Source: Callorhinchus milii (Eukaryota). Taken from it: a stretch of 64,000 bases of DNA. The stretch is from positions 3,348,001-3,412,000 of the forward strand of contig NW_024704771.1 in NCBI RefSeq assembly GCF_018977255.1, in the 5' to 3' direction. Both the position numbers and the translations under genes were made by a program. The notes beneath the pieces are model-generated. The model was not told the DNA's origin, made no database searches, and worked only from the letters and a program-made list of their open reading frames with translations. This document shows, piece after piece, positions 60,231 to 64,000 of this stretch. Position 1 is the first letter of the stretch. Each line of letters begins with the position of its first letter.

Positions 60231-63200
60231 ACTCTTTCTCTCTCAGCCGCTGTCTCAGTCACTCTCTCATTGTCCTTCACTCTCTCCGTCACTCTTCTGT
60301 CACTCTTTCTCTCACTTTGCCGTTCACTGGTCACTCTTTCCCAGTCACTCCCTCAGTCTGCCTCTCTCTCTCTCTCTCTCTCTCTGTCTTTCTCAGTCAC
60401 TCTTTCTCTCTGTCGCTCTTTCTCTCTCAATCTCTATCTCAGTCACACTCTCTCTGTCACTCTTTCTCTCTCAGCCTCTAGGTCAGTCACTCTCTCTCTC
60501 TCTCTCTCTCACTCTTTCTCTCAACCTCTATGTCAGTCACTCTCTCTCATTGTCCTTCACTCTCTCGCAGTTACCGTTTCTCTCTCGGTCACTCCTCTGT
60601 CACTCTTCCTCTGTTTCTCTCTCTCTCTCTCTCTCTCTCTGGTCATGGTTTACAGACGGTTTACGAGCCCATTAACCCGGACAAAGACTCGTTCCCGGAG
60701 GAGACAGTGAGTGAGGGGGATCGTCAGGACCGGGAGTGGAGATTGCTTCAGACGCTGAGTAACATGTTGGAGCAGGGAAACTTCACTCTGCTTCCCCAGG
60801 AGACAGTCGCCAGCATCCTGTCCCAGCCGAAGAACACCCAGGTAGTCAAGCGCTTTGAGACATCTGTTCCTGCGTGAAAAGCAGCCACTACTCCCCGAAA
60901 CTCTGGAACACTCTCCCTCTTCCTTGCGTTGCCTCCTCCCCTCCTTCCTCATCTTCAGGTTGCGCCTGAAGACCGTCTTGAGTTCAAGGTCCTCATCCTC
61001 ACCTACAAGGCCATTCACGGCCTCGCTCCCTCCTACCTCTCCGACCTACTATCCCCCTACCTACCTGCCCGTACCCTCCGTTCCTCTGGCTCCGGTCTGC
61101 TCCACATCCCCCGCCCCAACCGCCCTACCATCGGTGGCCGAGCCTTCAGCCTCTCAGCCCCGAGGCTCTGGAACTCCATCCCCAGTGCCTTCACCGCTTC
61201 CTCCCTTTCCTCCTTCAAGGCCGGTCTCAGGACCTTTCTCTTTGACCTTCAGCCTTCAGCTCCGCTCTCGACTCTCTACCCCCTCCTCGCTCCCTCCCTT
61301 CCCTCCCCTCCCCTCACCCTGACTATTTCCCCCCAAGGCTCGGGTCCTGACCCAACCGTACAGCGCCTTGGGACGTCCTCCCGACGTGAAAGGCGCTCTC
61401 TAAATGGAATCTTCTTGTTGTTGTTGTTGTCCTCTTCGATCTTGCCTTCGGTCACCTCCCTCCCACCATCCCCCCCCCCCCCCCCACCCGGCTCCCCCAC
61501 TGTCAACCTCTCTACACAAGGGACGCAGTTGTTGTTCTATAAATAGCTTGTGCATTTACATATATATTTATAGAGTTTATGTGTTTATAGTTATTATGGT
61601 TGTTAGTCAATTGGAGGATCACTTTCCAGTAATAATCCCTTACAAACAACATAAATAAAATAATAATTTGGCCACTCAATCCACGCGTGCCTTCAGCTCC
61701 CCTCTCGACTCTCTACCCCCTCCTCGCTCCCTTCCTCCCTGACCATTTCCCCCACTGCTCAGGTCCCGACCCAACTGTCCAGCGCCTTGAGACGTCCTCC
61801 CGACCTGAAAGGCACTCTATAAATGCAATCATGTTGTTGTTGTTGTTGACTGTTTGTGGGACGCTGCCGTACCCAATGGGCTGCCGCGTTTTGCCCACAA
61901 AATACAGCCACTACCCTTTACGGTATACTCCGTGAAGCGCGTTGAGACTCTCAACGATGCGATAAGGTGCTATATCAAATTCAAGGTTTATTATTATTAT
62001 TATTATTATACACCTGAGTTGCGGTGAAGTGCATTGCGAGGTCCATCTGGTGTGAAGGTCGCTGTCTAATTTTAGCGCGTGTTGCTGTTTTTGTCTCAGG
62101 TCAAGGTAGACCTGAAGCACTATGAATACGTCCGGTTTTGGGTCCTGGGAAAGCGCTTCGATATTCTTCCTTTGCTCCTGACTCCTGAGACCACCGAATT
62201 CTTTTTCAGGAGAAAAGAGGCTGAACGCAAGTGGTAAGACGTTGCTCGAGTCGGTGTACAGATACGTGTGTGTGTGTGTGTGTGTGTGTGAGTTGAGGCC
62301 AAGATAATGGGAAGCCTTAATTTTCAGGTCGTCTCTCCCTGTTGGTTATGGACCCCGGTAATTCAGTGGTTAGAGCACTCGCCTCGCAAGCAATGCGACC
62401 CGGTTCAATTCCCGGGCGGGCAAAGCCGTTGGCAAGTCTCCTTACTCCACAAGCCTCTCGTTTCCCTGGCGTTAAGCAGGAACCCAATCGTTAGCAGACT
62501 GCGGACCACTTTCTGAGTCACTCAATCCACGACTGCGTGTGGAAAACTCTGGGCACATTTGTCTGCTGTGTTCCGTCACGCAAAATACAGTCACTGCACC
62601 TTAAGGCATATCGTGTGAAGCACTTTTGAGATATCTTGACAACTGTGAAGCGCTTTGGGACGTCCTCCCGACGTGAAAAGCGCTATATCAAATGCAAGGA
62701 TTATTATTATTATTATTGCGATGAGGCACTACTATCGATCGCAAGGATTCCGTTGATCCTAACAACCTTTGGATTTGATACGACGACACCAACAACTTGG
62801 ATTTACGCAGCGCCCTCTCTACGCCGGACGGCGTCTCAAAGAGCGCGTTACAGTTTAGGATCCCGGGCCCGAGCCGGGGGAGGGGTGGGGATCATTGAGA
62901 CATCTCAAAGCGCTTCACGGAACATACTGCAAAGCAATTGTGTATTTTGTGGACAAAAATGATGACTATATTTCTAGCTTGGCGTGTTTTGATCCCCCCT
63001 CTCACTCTCTCTCTCTCTCTCTCTGTCTCTCAGGCTGTATTTCAAGCGTGTGGTGATGATCGCACGTCTGAAGGAGAGCCACATGGTCCTCAAGTGCTTC
63101 AAGGAGTTGCCTCTGGAGGCCTTGGAGCAGACTCTGCCCAGCGTCAGACCCCGATTCTCCATGGTGGACGCGACGCTCCTGAACCTCATGCTGGTGGGAG

Positions 63201-63500
63201 GTGGAATCATGCTCTTCATCAACGTGGGGACTGTGCTCCTCATGGACTTCAAACTCGAGCTCCCCCACATCCTCCTCCTCCTCCTGGTGGTCATGGGTTT
63301 CCGCTGGTGGAAGGCCTTCACTGAGAAGCGGGCTGGCTTGACCCTGCAGCTCACCCACATCCTCTACTACAAGAGCACCTCCAACAACCGGGACCTACTG
63401 GTGGCCCTGAGTGACCGAGCCTGCGAGGAGCAATTCAAGGAGCTCATCTTGGCCCAGACCTTCCTCCGTAAGCCCCTCCGCCAGGGGGAGAAGAGCCCAG
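57537..63500 (+). CDS. TMEM143: Transmembrane protein 143 (partial; final exon probably beyond the window)
   Basis: Exons 57537-57872 (..EYKECFIPFSR..LLSMVLQ), 59538-59645 (..QYHSELDDLK), 60656-60841 (YEPINPDKD..LEQGNF), 62100-62233 (VKVDLKHYEYVRFWVLG), 63034-about 63500 (YFKRVV..HMVLKCFKELPLEALEQ..LYYKSTSNN..FKELILA); phases consistent; motifs match TMEM143. The last donor is uncertain (63467 or 63500). Confidence 0.9.
59051..59381 (+). mobile_element. Young Deu-domain SINE
   Basis: Near-identical to 16125-16452. Confidence 0.9.
60978..61430 (+). mobile_element. Young L2 3' end
   Basis: Encodes EFKVLILTYKAIHGLAPSYLSDLL..; (ttg)n tail. Confidence 0.88.
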
Positions 63501-63669
63501 GTCAGCCTCATCGCCGCTCCCTCATGCTCTCGGACCTTCTCCACACCCCCCACCCCCTCCACTACACACACACACACACACACGCTTAATATGATAACTA
63601 TAATAATCCTTGCATTTGATATCGCGCAGTATCGGAGTCCTAATGTAATCTAACATTAATATAATCGTG

Positions 63670-63993
63670 GAGTCCTGTAGCTCAGCGGTTAGAGCACTCG
63701 CTTTGCAAGTGAGAGACCTGAGTTCAATTCCAGGCAGAGGGCCAAACCTTGGGCAAGTTTCCTTACTCCACACAGAGCCTAATAATAATCCCTTCAAAAC
63801 CAAAAACAATAATAAATTGGTCATTTTCAATCCACGACTGATTGCGGGACATCGTTGTGCGCAATTGGCTGCCGCGTTCGCCCACAAATATACAGTCAAT
63901 TCACTTTACAGTCTATTCCGTGAAGCGCTTTGAGACGTCGAGAAGACGTGAAAAAGCGCTTTATCAAATGCGAGGAATATTATTATTATTATT
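63670..63993 (+). mobile_element. Young Deu-domain SINE
   Basis: Near-identical to 16125-16452. Confidence 0.9.
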
Positions 63994-64000
63994 AGGTCTC

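Overview
Eukaryotic, repeat-rich vertebrate DNA. tRNA-headed Deu-domain SINEs, L2 and CR1 LINEs and the TRIM style suggest a cartilaginous fish, possibly a chimaera (inference). The right end holds two housekeeping genes head-to-head: Josephin-2 (minus, 4 coding exons) and TMEM143 (plus, probably running off the window). Between them are a CpG-rich promoter, a 48 x 21-bp ETS-motif minisatellite and an (AAC)n-type satellite with an assembly gap. The left 47 kb looks like a birth-and-death immune-type cluster. It has one intact RING-Bbox-CC-PRY/SPRY TRIM gene plus three TRIM relics, and an unidentified 2-exon 126-aa membrane protein. It also has a SINE-disrupted secreted AID/APOBEC-like (SNAD1-like) deaminase gene with a CAE motif, and a lesioned leader-V-C2-TM receptor of CEACAM/HEPACAM type with two ITIM-like motifs. 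A tandem array of atypical CALHM-like channel genes lacks the C-terminal helix. Two LTR/ERV-like elements with different LTRs share one internal module. All gene models were assembled by eye from splice sites and frame; family assignments come from motif recognition, not database searches.
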